Shown: positions 18,846 to 27,172, counted from the first letter of the stretch. The stretch is 28,113 nucleotides of DNA from a virus (IMGVR_UViG_3300048828_000145:1-28113); one strand, 5' to 3'. The notes: a model not told the origin generated them from the sequence alone. Program-made: numbers and translations.

Positions 18846-18982
18846 TCCACACTCACCACACTTGTGGTGTGGGGAGGTGTGGAGAGTGTGGAGAATAAGG
18901 CCATTTCACGTTCCACACCACCACCCCCTATTGTATAGGGTGGTGTGGTGTGGTGTGTGGTGGCGTTTTGAATTGGGTGTGG
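18846..18982. repeat. GTGTGG/CCACAC repeat cluster with inverted repeats; candidate replication origin
   Basis: 7 GTGTGG and 3 CCACAC copies in about 136 bp of intergenic DNA. Confidence 0.6.
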
Positions 18983-19013
18983 TTAACATTGGCAATGGAG
19001 GGGGAGTAGTATC

Positions 19014-19619
19014 ATGGCAACGAAGGTGAGTGGGAAAGCAAAGGCGGGATATGCGAAGGCGCGTAAAGACCGTGGGACGTTTGAGACTGGCACACAGAGC
19101 AAGCCGATCTCGAGGCAGGTCGATGGTCAGCTGGCGCCGTTAGATCGTAAGGCGCGTGAGAAGACGCTGAAGTGGGGCGACAGTCTGCCGGGTCTCGTGA
19201 GCCCTGAGCTCGCTGGACGCTTTGAGGCGGCGTATGACGCGCTGCGGGCGAAGGTGGAAGCGGATGACGTCGTGGCGGTCAACCAGATTGCGACGCAGCT
19301 GATACGCGCCTGGGACGTGCTGGAAGCGGAGGCGGAGGCTAACGGGCATCAGCCGGTGGGTCGGCACGCATACTGCATCGAGATCGCCAGCGGTAACATC
19401 GTGTGCATCGCGCTGCACGACGCGGCCGGCATAAGGCGTGAACATCCAGAGTGGTTGGTGTATGATATGATCGACGCAGCAATCGTGCTCGGGAACAACT
19501 TTAGCAGCGAGTTCATCCAGAAGACGCTGGAGAAGTTTCCCGAGGCAAAGGTGACGCGGTGCATCGGACCAGCGAACAGCACGTTTGACGCTGAGCTGGG
19601 CGACGAGATACCGTTTTGA
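19014..19619 (+). CDS. Hypothetical protein ending in SSB-like tail (GDEIPF)
   Basis: 201 aa; strong GGAGGGGGAG RBS. Confidence 0.75.
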   Translation: MATKVSGKAKAGYAKARKDRGTFETGTQSKPISRQVDGQLAPLDRKAREKTLKWGDSLPGLVSPELAGRFEAAYDALRAKVEADDVVAVNQIATQLIRAWDVLEAEAEANGHQPVGRHAYCIEIASGNIVCIALHDAAGIRREHPEWLVYDMIDAAIVLGNNFSSEFIQKTLEKFPEAKVTRCIGPANSTFDAELGDEIPF

Positions 19620-19633
19620 GAGGAGACGTTTAG

Positions 19634-20089
19634 ATGGGTGCAATTGGCAAGGCTAAGATGGCAGCGCTGGAAGCTGCTGGCGAGGACGAGATCTTCGGCA
19701 TGATCGCGGCGGGCAAGAACGCGTCCGACGTGATCGCTCATTACGATGTGGGCTGGAACCTGTTTCACAAGTGGATCGCGTCCGGCGAGGGCAGAGCTCA
19801 GCGCTACGACGAGGCCAAGCAGATGGCTGGTCACTACTACGCTTCGCAGGCGCAGAAGATTGCAGACGAGATCCACCAGCACGAGGCGAGCGTCAACAGC
19901 GCGAAGCTGGCGGTCGACGTGCTGAAGTGGAAGGCGGCGAAAGCGTCGCCCGAGTATGACACGAGGCAGCGTGACGTCGCGATCAACATCAGCGTGAACG
20001 ACCTGCACGCGCAGGCAGCGCAGCTGCTCAACAGCGTTGGCGGCGACGTCATCGAGGGCGAGGCAGTCGAGGTGGAGGATGACGATTGA
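19634..20089 (+). CDS. terS: Terminase small subunit (Sf6 gp1-like)
   Basis: N-terminal HTH; RYDEAK...AKLAVDVLKWKAAKASPEY; upstream of terL. Confidence 0.75.
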   Translation: MGAIGKAKMAALEAAGEDEIFGMIAAGKNASDVIAHYDVGWNLFHKWIASGEGRAQRYDEAKQMAGHYYASQAQKIADEIHQHEASVNSAKLAVDVLKWKAAKASPEYDTRQRDVAINISVNDLHAQAAQLLNSVGGDVIEGEAVEVEDDD

Positions 20090-20258
20090 GCGCGAAAACG
20101 CACATCGACGCAGCGTTGCAGGCGCGTGCGCGCGTGACATCATCGCGCCGATCCGTCAACAATGTGCCACAATTGGGCACTTTCGGGCGTGCAAATGTGG
20201 CAGAAGTAAGGCATAAGCTGGGCAAAATAGCTAAGTCGCTGAGTTGCAACGATATTAA

Positions 20259-20286
20259 ATTTAACATAATACACATTATGACACTT
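20259..20286 (-). other. dif-like XerC/XerD recombination site
   Basis: Minus strand AAGTGTCATAA-TGTGTA-TTATGTTAAAT versus E. coli dif GGTGCGCATAA-TGTATA-TTATGTTAAAT. Confidence 0.8.
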
Positions 20287-20430
20287 TCGCCCGCTCCGAC
20301 GCCAAATCTCCGGCGAGATCCGCGTTTGACCCCCCCCCTCTCAGATCTCGGGCGGGTGCAAATGCCAATGTCCCCCTCACGCACCCCGAGAAAAATTTTC
20401 CACAAATTCACGCCACAGGAGTGTTAACAC

Positions 20431-21852
20431 ATGAACGCCCCCAGCCCCCAAGATAACCCGTTTCTGAAGTTGATGCGCCGCTACCGCGATGATCCGGTGC
20501 GCTTCTCCCAGGAGGTCATTGGCATCGAGCCCGACGAGTGGCAGGTTGAGCTGTTGGACGCGATCGCCGCCCCAGCGGTGCGCCGCGTATCCGTCAGATC
20601 TGGCCACGGCGTCGGCAAGTCCACGGGCGTCGCCATGGCGGCCATCTGGCACGTCTTGATGCGGTATCCGAGCAAGACGGTGGTCACGGCCCCCACGTCC
20701 GCGCAGCTGTTTGACGCGTGTTTCGCGGAGATGAAGAACGTGGCCAAGCGGCTGAAGCCGCCGTTCAACAATTTGCTGGAGATCAAGTCGGATCGGATCG
20801 AGCTCAAGAGCGCGCCCGAGAGCACGTTTATTTCGTGTCGGACGTCGAGGTCGGAGCAGCCGGAAGCCTTGGCTGGGGTTCACAGCGAGAACGTGTTGCT
20901 GCTGGCGGATGAGGCCAGCGGTATCCCGGAGGCCGTTTTTGAGGCTGCCTCGGGCTCGATGTCCGGCCACAGCGCCACGACGGTGCTGACGGGCAACCCG
21001 ACGCGTAATACTGGCTTCTTTTACGACACCCACACGCGGCTGCGGGATGACTGGTACACGATGCACGTCTCCTGCGTTGATAGCCCGCGCGTGTCCGAGG
21101 ATTTCGTCAAGGACATGGAGCGCCGGTACGGTGAGGACAGCCCGGCGTTTCATGTTCGCGTCTTGGGCAACTTTCCGCCGTCTGAGGAGGACACGGTGAT
21201 CCCGGTCGCGTTGGTTGAGCACGCGTTTAACAACGAGGTGAAGGTGCACGAGGACACGGCGGGCGTCTGGGGCTTAGATGTGGCGCGTCAGGGGGATGAC
21301 AGCAGCGTGCTGTGCAAGCGCCAGGGGCCGGTGGTGCACCCGCTGACTGTGTGGCGCAACTTGGACCTGATGCAGCTGTCCGGCGCTGTGAAGGCGGAAT
21401 ACGATGCGGCGCCCCCGTCAAAGCGCCCCGTTGAGATCATCGTCGACAGCAACGGCTTTGGCGCCGGGGTGTTGGATCGTTTGCGGGAGTTGGGGTTGCC
21501 GGCGCGTGGCTTGAACGTGTCTGAGCGCGCTATGGCGAAGCAGACGTATTTGAACCTGCGCGCGGAGCTGTGGTTCAAGTGCAAGGCGTGGCTTGAGAAT
21601 ATGGATGTGTCGCTGCCCAAGGATGACGCGCTGTATTCGGAGCTTGTGGCGCCGCGTTACATGTTTACGTCGTCTGGCAAGATCCAGGTTGAGAGCAAGG
21701 ACAGCATGAAAAAGCGCGGCGTGCGATCTCCCGACCGCGCCGACGCGCTGTGCTTAGCTTTGGCCAATGACCACACGACCATGGCCTACGGGACGTCGGC
21801 CAGCGGCTCCTGGGGGAAGCCGCTGAAGCGTGGTATTCGCGGGGTGGTTTAG
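20431..21852 (+). CDS. terL: Terminase large subunit
   Basis: RSGHGVGKS Walker A; LLADEASG Walker B; GNPTR; GLDVARQGDD and SPDRADA nuclease motifs. Confidence 0.95.
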   Translation: MNAPSPQDNPFLKLMRRYRDDPVRFSQEVIGIEPDEWQVELLDAIAAPAVRRVSVRSGHGVGKSTGVAMAAIWHVLMRYPSKTVVTAPTSAQLFDACFAEMKNVAKRLKPPFNNLLEIKSDRIELKSAPESTFISCRTSRSEQPEALAGVHSENVLLLADEASGIPEAVFEAASGSMSGHSATTVLTGNPTRNTGFFYDTHTRLRDDWYTMHVSCVDSPRVSEDFVKDMERRYGEDSPAFHVRVLGNFPPSEEDTVIPVALVEHAFNNEVKVHEDTAGVWGLDVARQGDDSSVLCKRQGPVVHPLTVWRNLDLMQLSGAVKAEYDAAPPSKRPVEIIVDSNGFGAGVLDRLRELGLPARGLNVSERAMAKQTYLNLRAELWFKCKAWLENMDVSLPKDDALYSELVAPRYMFTSSGKIQVESKDSMKKRGVRSPDRADALCLALANDHTTMAYGTSASGSWGKPLKRGIRGVV

Positions 21853-22469
21853 GCGTTCTCGACCTGATCGACGAGCATCTGGCCATTTTCGACCCACTGC
21901 TCGAGAGTGAGGTCTTTGAGGCGCGGTTGGTCGACGTCGAGAAATGCGACGACTTGGTCTTTAATCCTGCCGGTGGCCATGTAGTGGAGTGTCAGGTTTG
22001 TGCCTGGCTCCTTGAGGTATACGAAACGCCACGCCACTTTCATGTATGCCGGCGCCGACTTTGGCGGGTTTTCGTTCTTGACCCTCATCATTTCGAGGTT
22101 TGGGCACCCGATTGCGTCGAGTATGAGGTCGCGCGTCAGGCGCTTTGGCTTGGGCATGTATTTCGCCTTTGCGGTCTCCCACTCTTGTAGGCTTACGTTC
22201 AACTCCCGCGCCTCGCTCGAAAACGGCGTCTCTGACGGCGATATAGCGTTAATGACGTCTGACAAGTCTCTGCGCGTCTGGCGCTCTTGCTCGATCCGCG
22301 CCGCGACGTTTCGCTTGGCCTCTTGGACCTCCGCATAGTTGAGCTCCTGCGCCAGCCCCTTGGCGAGCTCAAGCGCCTCCGCCGACTTCTGCTCGGTGTT
22401 GGCGGTGATTGCGAGGTACAGGCCCAGCTCGACGGCTTCCTGCGTGTTTTGTGGTGTGTTGTTGTGCAT
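21849..22469 (-). CDS. Mosaic accessory protein containing a capsid-like segment
   Basis: GGGAG RBS favours start at 22469; internal RRDLSDVINAISPSETPFSS...QEWET. Confidence 0.7.
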   Translation of the reverse strand: MHNNTPQNTQEAVELGLYLAITANTEQKSAEALELAKGLAQELNYAEVQEAKRNVAARIEQERQTRRDLSDVINAISPSETPFSSEARELNVSLQEWETAKAKYMPKPKRLTRDLILDAIGCPNLEMMRVKNENPPKSAPAYMKVAWRFVYLKEPGTNLTLHYMATGRIKDQVVAFLDVDQPRLKDLTLEQWVENGQMLVDQVENA

Positions 22470-22513
22470 TTTCATTCTCCCGGTTGTGGGGAGCCGGAGC
22501 TCCCCGTGTTGTG

Positions 22514-22774
22514 TTAAACAATGTCGCACGGCTTGTGCAGCTCACCATTGTGCATCACGCGGCGGATCGCGGCGGAGGCGTTACCCATTGACTTGACCCA
22601 TGCGTGGGCAAGGTCGCCAGCGTGACCGAGGTCGTCAGCGTCAAGCTCAACGAAACGATCAGCAACATTCATGTCGCTGGATGTTTCAACATGGACAACA
22701 AACGCTGGCTTGCGATCGACCATGCGACCTTGAGCAGCCTCGGATGAAAGCAGAAAAGAAAGAGAATGTGCCAT
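22514..22774 (-). CDS. Hypothetical early protein (86 aa)
   Basis: GGAGG RBS before ATG 22774; downstream of a promoter. Confidence 0.7.
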   Translation of the reverse strand: MAHSLSFLLSSEAAQGRMVDRKPAFVVHVETSSDMNVADRFVELDADDLGHAGDLAHAWVKSMGNASAAIRRVMHNGELHKPCDIV

Positions 22775-22824
22775 AGGAACCTCCATATCGGCGTGCGTTG
22801 GCGGGATTGCCTCGGCTATATCAG

Positions 22825-22855
22825 TTAAACTAATGTTAACATCTACAGACTACAA
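22825..22855 (-). promoter_or_regulatory. Putative sigma70 promoter overlapped by a full CtrA box
   Basis: Minus strand TTGTAG-17 bp-TAGTTT; TTAA-ACTAATG-TTAAC at 22825-22840. Confidence 0.6.
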
Positions 22856-22909
22856 CCCCTAAAATGCAAAAAACTGGCCTCCGGCAAACTTTTTTGTTAT
22901 CCTGCGCCT

Positions 22910-22990
22910 GTTAGCGGCTACCCTCCCACCCAGCCGTTGAGCTTTCTGGCTCCCCCGCGCGCTTGGTTCTTCCCCCAGGTGCGCGGGGTT
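22910..22990 (+). ncRNA. Candidate two-hairpin small RNA with CU-rich loops
   Basis: Hairpins 22911-22940 and 22953-22988; extended -10 TGtTATCCT at 22895-22903. Confidence 0.4.
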
Positions 22991-23017
22991 ACACTGAAGG
23001 CGGGTTTGGTGTATTAT
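22989..23017 (+). promoter_or_regulatory. Putative promoter for the 23073 gene
   Basis: TTACAC-17 bp-TATTAT. Confidence 0.4.
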
Positions 23018-23072
23018 TGTGGGAAGAGGGCTTAAATAAGCGCATGTGCGCAAATAACATCGGGGGCATCAC

Positions 23073-23615
23073 ATGCCGGGCAGTGACTTTAGAAACTTAA
23101 TGGCGCAGAGCGAGAGCAGCGGCAACTACGGCATCCTGACCGACGCCGGCGGCGGCGACATGGTTGCAGGCGCGTACCAGTTCGGCGACCCACGCCTAAA
23201 AGATTTCATGGATGACACGGGCGAGAAGTTCACCCGCGAAGACTTCCTCGCCAGCCCGGAGCTACAAGAGCGCGTCATGAACTGGCACGAGCAGGACGTC
23301 GTGGACTACGCCATGGAGAATGGCTTGGACCGCTTCTTCGGCCAGGAGATCAAGGGCGTCCCGGTGGATATGTCGGCAGTCGTCGGCATGGCCCACCTCG
23401 GCGGCCGTAAGGGGATGCGCGACTTCCTCGAGAGCGGCGGAGAGTTGGACAAGAAGGACAAGTTCGGCACGTTTATTTCGGATTACGGCAGGAAGTTTTC
23501 CGGCCAGAGCCTGTACAGCGAGACGCCACCCCGCCCGCGTATGCGCCCGCAGGGTTTACTGCCGCCTGAGACGTCACCGCGGCCAGTGGCTCGTCCGCAG
23601 GGTTTACTCGGCTAA
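23073..23615 (+). CDS. Lysozyme-like / lytic transglycosylase-fold protein
   Basis: AQSESSGNY (catalytic ES), GAYQF, FLASPELQE, AHLGG; Pro/Arg-rich tail. Confidence 0.7.
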   Translation: MPGSDFRNLMAQSESSGNYGILTDAGGGDMVAGAYQFGDPRLKDFMDDTGEKFTREDFLASPELQERVMNWHEQDVVDYAMENGLDRFFGQEIKGVPVDMSAVVGMAHLGGRKGMRDFLESGGELDKKDKFGTFISDYGRKFSGQSLYSETPPRPRMRPQGLLPPETSPRPVARPQGLLG

Positions 23616-24943
23616 TGGCAGGTTACGAGCAATACGTCCCGCCGGGACTACGCGGCCCGCTCAGAGACCTATTCGGCATGGCCCGCGTGACAGGCGAGGG
23701 CGGCGCCGGCATCCTGCGCGCAGTCCAAGAGGATCCGCTGGCAGTCAACAAGGCGATCGGCGAGAGTATGATCGGCGGCATCCAGTCTATGGCCACCGAC
23801 CCAGTCGGCACCGTGCGGGGCGTCGTCAGCGACGCCGCCGGCACCGTCCAGCGCGCGCTGACGAATACGGCGGTGGACTACCTGCCGGAGGGCGTGACGC
23901 TCTCCACCGCGACGCCCGAGCAACTCAAGATGGCCAACGACGCGCGGTACGCTGACCTGGCGTCAACCGCTGCTATGGCAGTCCCCGGAGCTAAGGCATT
24001 GAGAACAGGCGCAAAAGCGGCAGCGTCTTCTCTGGGCGCAAGGTCTCTGGGAAATCAGGCCGCGTCTGCATACATGATCGGGCAGAAGCTCCAAGACGTC
24101 GAAGGCTACAAGGGCGCGATTGGTAAGCCCAGTAAAGTCAAAATGCCTTCTGGGGAGAGTTACGACGCCCGCCCTGTGAGCCAGATCGAAGAGGCCGCAA
24201 AGTCTTACATGAAAGCTCAGAACATGGATGTTTCTGGGTTTTCCGAGTATCCCGCCTTCAGCGAAGAGCGCGCAAGGCTGATCGCAGCTGCTTATGACAT
24301 GATGCAGCACGACCCCACTGGTCCTGCCGTCAAGCGAGCATATGACGCCATGATCGAAGAGACGATGGGTCAGTACAAGGCGCTAAAAGACGCCGGTGTT
24401 GAGTTTAAGTTCCTGAAGGAAGGTATGGATGACCCTTACGCGGCATCTCCGGCGATGGGCTATCAGGACATCGTTGAGAACGGCAAATTGTGGGTTTATC
24501 CAACTGACTTCGGGTTCGGCACGAACACATCTTTTGATGCGGCTGAAAACCCACTGCTAAAAGGCGTCGGCAGGGTCGGCGATAAGAGCGACGCCGTAGC
24601 CAATGACGCTTTCAGAGCCGTGCACGATGCTTTCGGGCATTTTGGCTCCGGCAATCCGTTCTTTAGGCGTCAAGGCGAGGAGCGGGCTTTTCTGGAGCAC
24701 TCTCGGATGTATTCGCCTGACGCCATAGGCGCCATGACGTCTGAAACTAGAGGTCAGAATAGCTGGCTTAACTCGGGCCCGTTTGGAATGTCTAATAGAA
24801 CTGCAAACACCTCTGACACTGTCTTTGCCGATCAAAAGTCTGGACTTATGCCGTCTTGGACTAGCGATCCGCTTGGTATGCCAGATCCAGATGAAACCAA
24901 GTCACTTCTAAGGTACATCGAGAACCAAAAATGGCAAAAATAG
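23615..24943 (+). CDS. Large hypothetical protein with putative zincin-like C-terminal domain
   Basis: TAATG coupling; FRAVHDAFGH...GEERAF...SETRGQNSW. Confidence 0.6.
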   Translation: MAGYEQYVPPGLRGPLRDLFGMARVTGEGGAGILRAVQEDPLAVNKAIGESMIGGIQSMATDPVGTVRGVVSDAAGTVQRALTNTAVDYLPEGVTLSTATPEQLKMANDARYADLASTAAMAVPGAKALRTGAKAAASSLGARSLGNQAASAYMIGQKLQDVEGYKGAIGKPSKVKMPSGESYDARPVSQIEEAAKSYMKAQNMDVSGFSEYPAFSEERARLIAAAYDMMQHDPTGPAVKRAYDAMIEETMGQYKALKDAGVEFKFLKEGMDDPYAASPAMGYQDIVENGKLWVYPTDFGFGTNTSFDAAENPLLKGVGRVGDKSDAVANDAFRAVHDAFGHFGSGNPFFRRQGEERAFLEHSRMYSPDAIGAMTSETRGQNSWLNSGPFGMSNRTANTSDTVFADQKSGLMPSWTSDPLGMPDPDETKSLLRYIENQKWQK

Positions 24944-25059
24944 CGGGTGGCCTGGGTCACAGGCCGACAGCAAATCTGGCAGACCTAGAAGACGAGTTGG
25001 AGCGTAAGGCGCAACAAGATGCGCGCGAGTTTGAGAAGGCGAAAAAAGATGGACTATGA
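24931..25059 (+). CDS. Small charged protein (42 aa, not in ORF track)
   Basis: MAKIAGGLGHRPTANLADLEDELERKAQQDAREFEKAKKDGL; bridges the 23615 gene and the portal; weak RBS. Confidence 0.35.
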   Translation: MAKIAGGLGHRPTANLADLEDELERKAQQDAREFEKAKKDGL

Positions 25060-27172
25060 GATAAACGAAATGGCCTCCGAGCTCGAGGCTGAACTGAACC
25101 CGGACGTCATGGACGATCAGGAGCTGCAAGGCATCGTCGGCAACGAGATCGACGACGCTATAGACTTCATCGACAACTGGATCTCCCCGATCCGCGCCAC
25201 GGCGACGCAATACTACCGGGGCGAGCCGTTTGGCGACGAGGAAGAGGGCCGCAGCCAAGTTGTCAGCATGGACGTGCGGGATACCGTACAGGCGATCATG
25301 CCGTCCCTCATGCGCATCTTTAACGGATCCGACCGCACCGTCGAATACGTCCCGCAAAACGCGGAGGACGTGCCGGCGGCAAAGCAGGCCACCGAGTACG
25401 CCAACTTCATCATCAATCGCGACAACCGCGGCTTCCTGGAGATGCACAGCGCATTCATGGACGCGCTGGTGCGCAAGGTCGGCATCCTCAAGTGTTACTG
25501 GGAAGACAAGACCGAGTTTGACACAATCGAGTACACCGGCATCGACGACACCGCCCTGGCGGCACTCATGGCTGACCCAGCCGCCGAGGTTGACATTACC
25601 GTGAGCACGCCGGTCGGCGAGCCGCAGATCGACCCTACGACTGGCCAGATCATCATGCCTCCCATGTCACACGACCTGCGCGTCACCTACACCCGGCCAG
25701 ACGGACGCGTGAAGGTGGAGGCTCTACCGCCGGAGGAGTTCCTGATCTCCCGCGAGGCTAAATCCGTCGAGGAAGCCGAATACGTTGCGCATCGCCGCAT
25801 CGTGACCGTGTCGGAGCTTGTAGCTATGGGCTACGATTACGACGAGGTCTACAACCTGTCATCGACCCACGACGACATGGACACCAACGTCGAGCGCAAC
25901 ACGCGCAACCCGGCATTATCAAACGACATGAATTCGCGCCAAGACCCGGCGATGCGTAAGGTTCTATACGTTGAGAACTACATCCGCGTAGACTACGACG
26001 GTGACGGCATCGCCGAGCTGCGCAAGATCTGCACCGGTGGAGATGGCAACGTCATTCTCAACAACGAGCCGTGCGACATGGCGCCCTTCGCCACACTATG
26101 CCCAGACCCCGAGCCGCACGACTTTTTCGGCATGTCCGTCGCCGACACCGTGATGGACATCCAACGCATCAAGTCAGTCGTCATGCGCAACTCGCTGGAC
26201 AGCCTAAGCCTCAGTATTCACCCGAGAATTGCTGTTGTCGAAGGCATGGTGAACATGGACGATGCTATGAATGTAGAGGTCGGATCAATCGTCCGTCAGC
26301 GCGCTCCGGGCTCGATCCAGCAGCTCACCGTGCCGTTTGTCGGCCAGCAGGCATTCCCGGTCCTGAACTACATGGACGAGGTCAAGGAGGCTCGCACAGG
26401 CATCTCCAAGGCGTCCATGGGTTTAGACGCCGGCGCCCTACAGTCGAGCACCGCAACCGCCGTGGCAGCCACTGTGAGCGCCGCACAGCAGCACATTGAG
26501 ATGATTGCCAGGGTATTCGCTGAAACCGGCGTTAAGCGCCTGTACGAGCTTGTCCTGTACAACATCACCACGCACCAGGACAAGGCGCGGATGATCCGCT
26601 TGAACAACGACTTCGTCGAAATGGACCCACGGGTCTGGAACGCGAATATGGATGTCTCTGTCAACGTAGCCCTGGGCCGCGGGACTGACACTGAGCGGAT
26701 GATGATGCTGCGCCAGATCGGCGAGATGCAGAAGGAAGCCATGTCGACTATGGGGCCGCAGAACCCGCTGACCGACATCTCCAAGCTGAGCAACACGCTC
26801 AAGGAGATGACGTCGCTGGCCGGCTTCAAGGACACGTCGCAGTTCTGGAGTGATCCTGCGAAGTTCCAGCCGCCACCATCAGACAACAAGCCAGACATCA
26901 ACGAGCAGCTGATCCAGGTGCAGATCCAGCAGATACAGGCGGACATGCAGAAGAAGGCGGCAGACCTTCAGCTGAAGCGCGAGCAGATGATGATGGAAGA
27001 CGACCGCAAGCGCGACGAGCTCGAGGCCGACATCCGCGTCAAGGCGGAGGAGCTGAAGGCGAAGTACGGCACGCAGCTTGACGTCGCCCAGATCCGGGCC
27101 GACATGGCGATCAACCGCGAAGTGATGAAGGCGCAGGCCGACATAATCACGGAGGCGACGCGTGAAGACTAA
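25049..27172 (+). CDS. Portal protein (P22/SU10-like)
   Basis: YYRGEPFGDEEEGRSQVVSMDVRD; PHDFFGMS; C-terminal coiled-coil barrel; start at 25049 preferred. Confidence 0.9.
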   Translation: MDYEINEMASELEAELNPDVMDDQELQGIVGNEIDDAIDFIDNWISPIRATATQYYRGEPFGDEEEGRSQVVSMDVRDTVQAIMPSLMRIFNGSDRTVEYVPQNAEDVPAAKQATEYANFIINRDNRGFLEMHSAFMDALVRKVGILKCYWEDKTEFDTIEYTGIDDTALAALMADPAAEVDITVSTPVGEPQIDPTTGQIIMPPMSHDLRVTYTRPDGRVKVEALPPEEFLISREAKSVEEAEYVAHRRIVTVSELVAMGYDYDEVYNLSSTHDDMDTNVERNTRNPALSNDMNSRQDPAMRKVLYVENYIRVDYDGDGIAELRKICTGGDGNVILNNEPCDMAPFATLCPDPEPHDFFGMSVADTVMDIQRIKSVVMRNSLDSLSLSIHPRIAVVEGMVNMDDAMNVEVGSIVRQRAPGSIQQLTVPFVGQQAFPVLNYMDEVKEARTGISKASMGLDAGALQSSTATAVAATVSAAQQHIEMIARVFAETGVKRLYELVLYNITTHQDKARMIRLNNDFVEMDPRVWNANMDVSVNVALGRGTDTERMMMLRQIGEMQKEAMSTMGPQNPLTDISKLSNTLKEMTSLAGFKDTSQFWSDPAKFQPPPSDNKPDINEQLIQVQIQQIQADMQKKAADLQLKREQMMMEDDRKRDELEADIRVKAEELKAKYGTQLDVAQIRADMAINREVMKAQADIITEATRED

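Noticed and set aside
20086-20427. 113-aa ORF between terS and terL
   Set aside because: TTG start, atypical composition, runs through the dif-like site and C-run; more likely non-coding
18107-21249. Long minus-strand ORFs (269, 264, 290 aa etc.)
   Set aside because: Antisense shadows of primase, terS and terL caused by GC-rich codon bias
21849-22469. True major capsid gene or capsid pseudogene
   Set aside because: Resemblance covers only about 34 aa within an intact, otherwise unrelated ORF on the opposite strand; the real capsid gene is expected past the scaffold, outside the window
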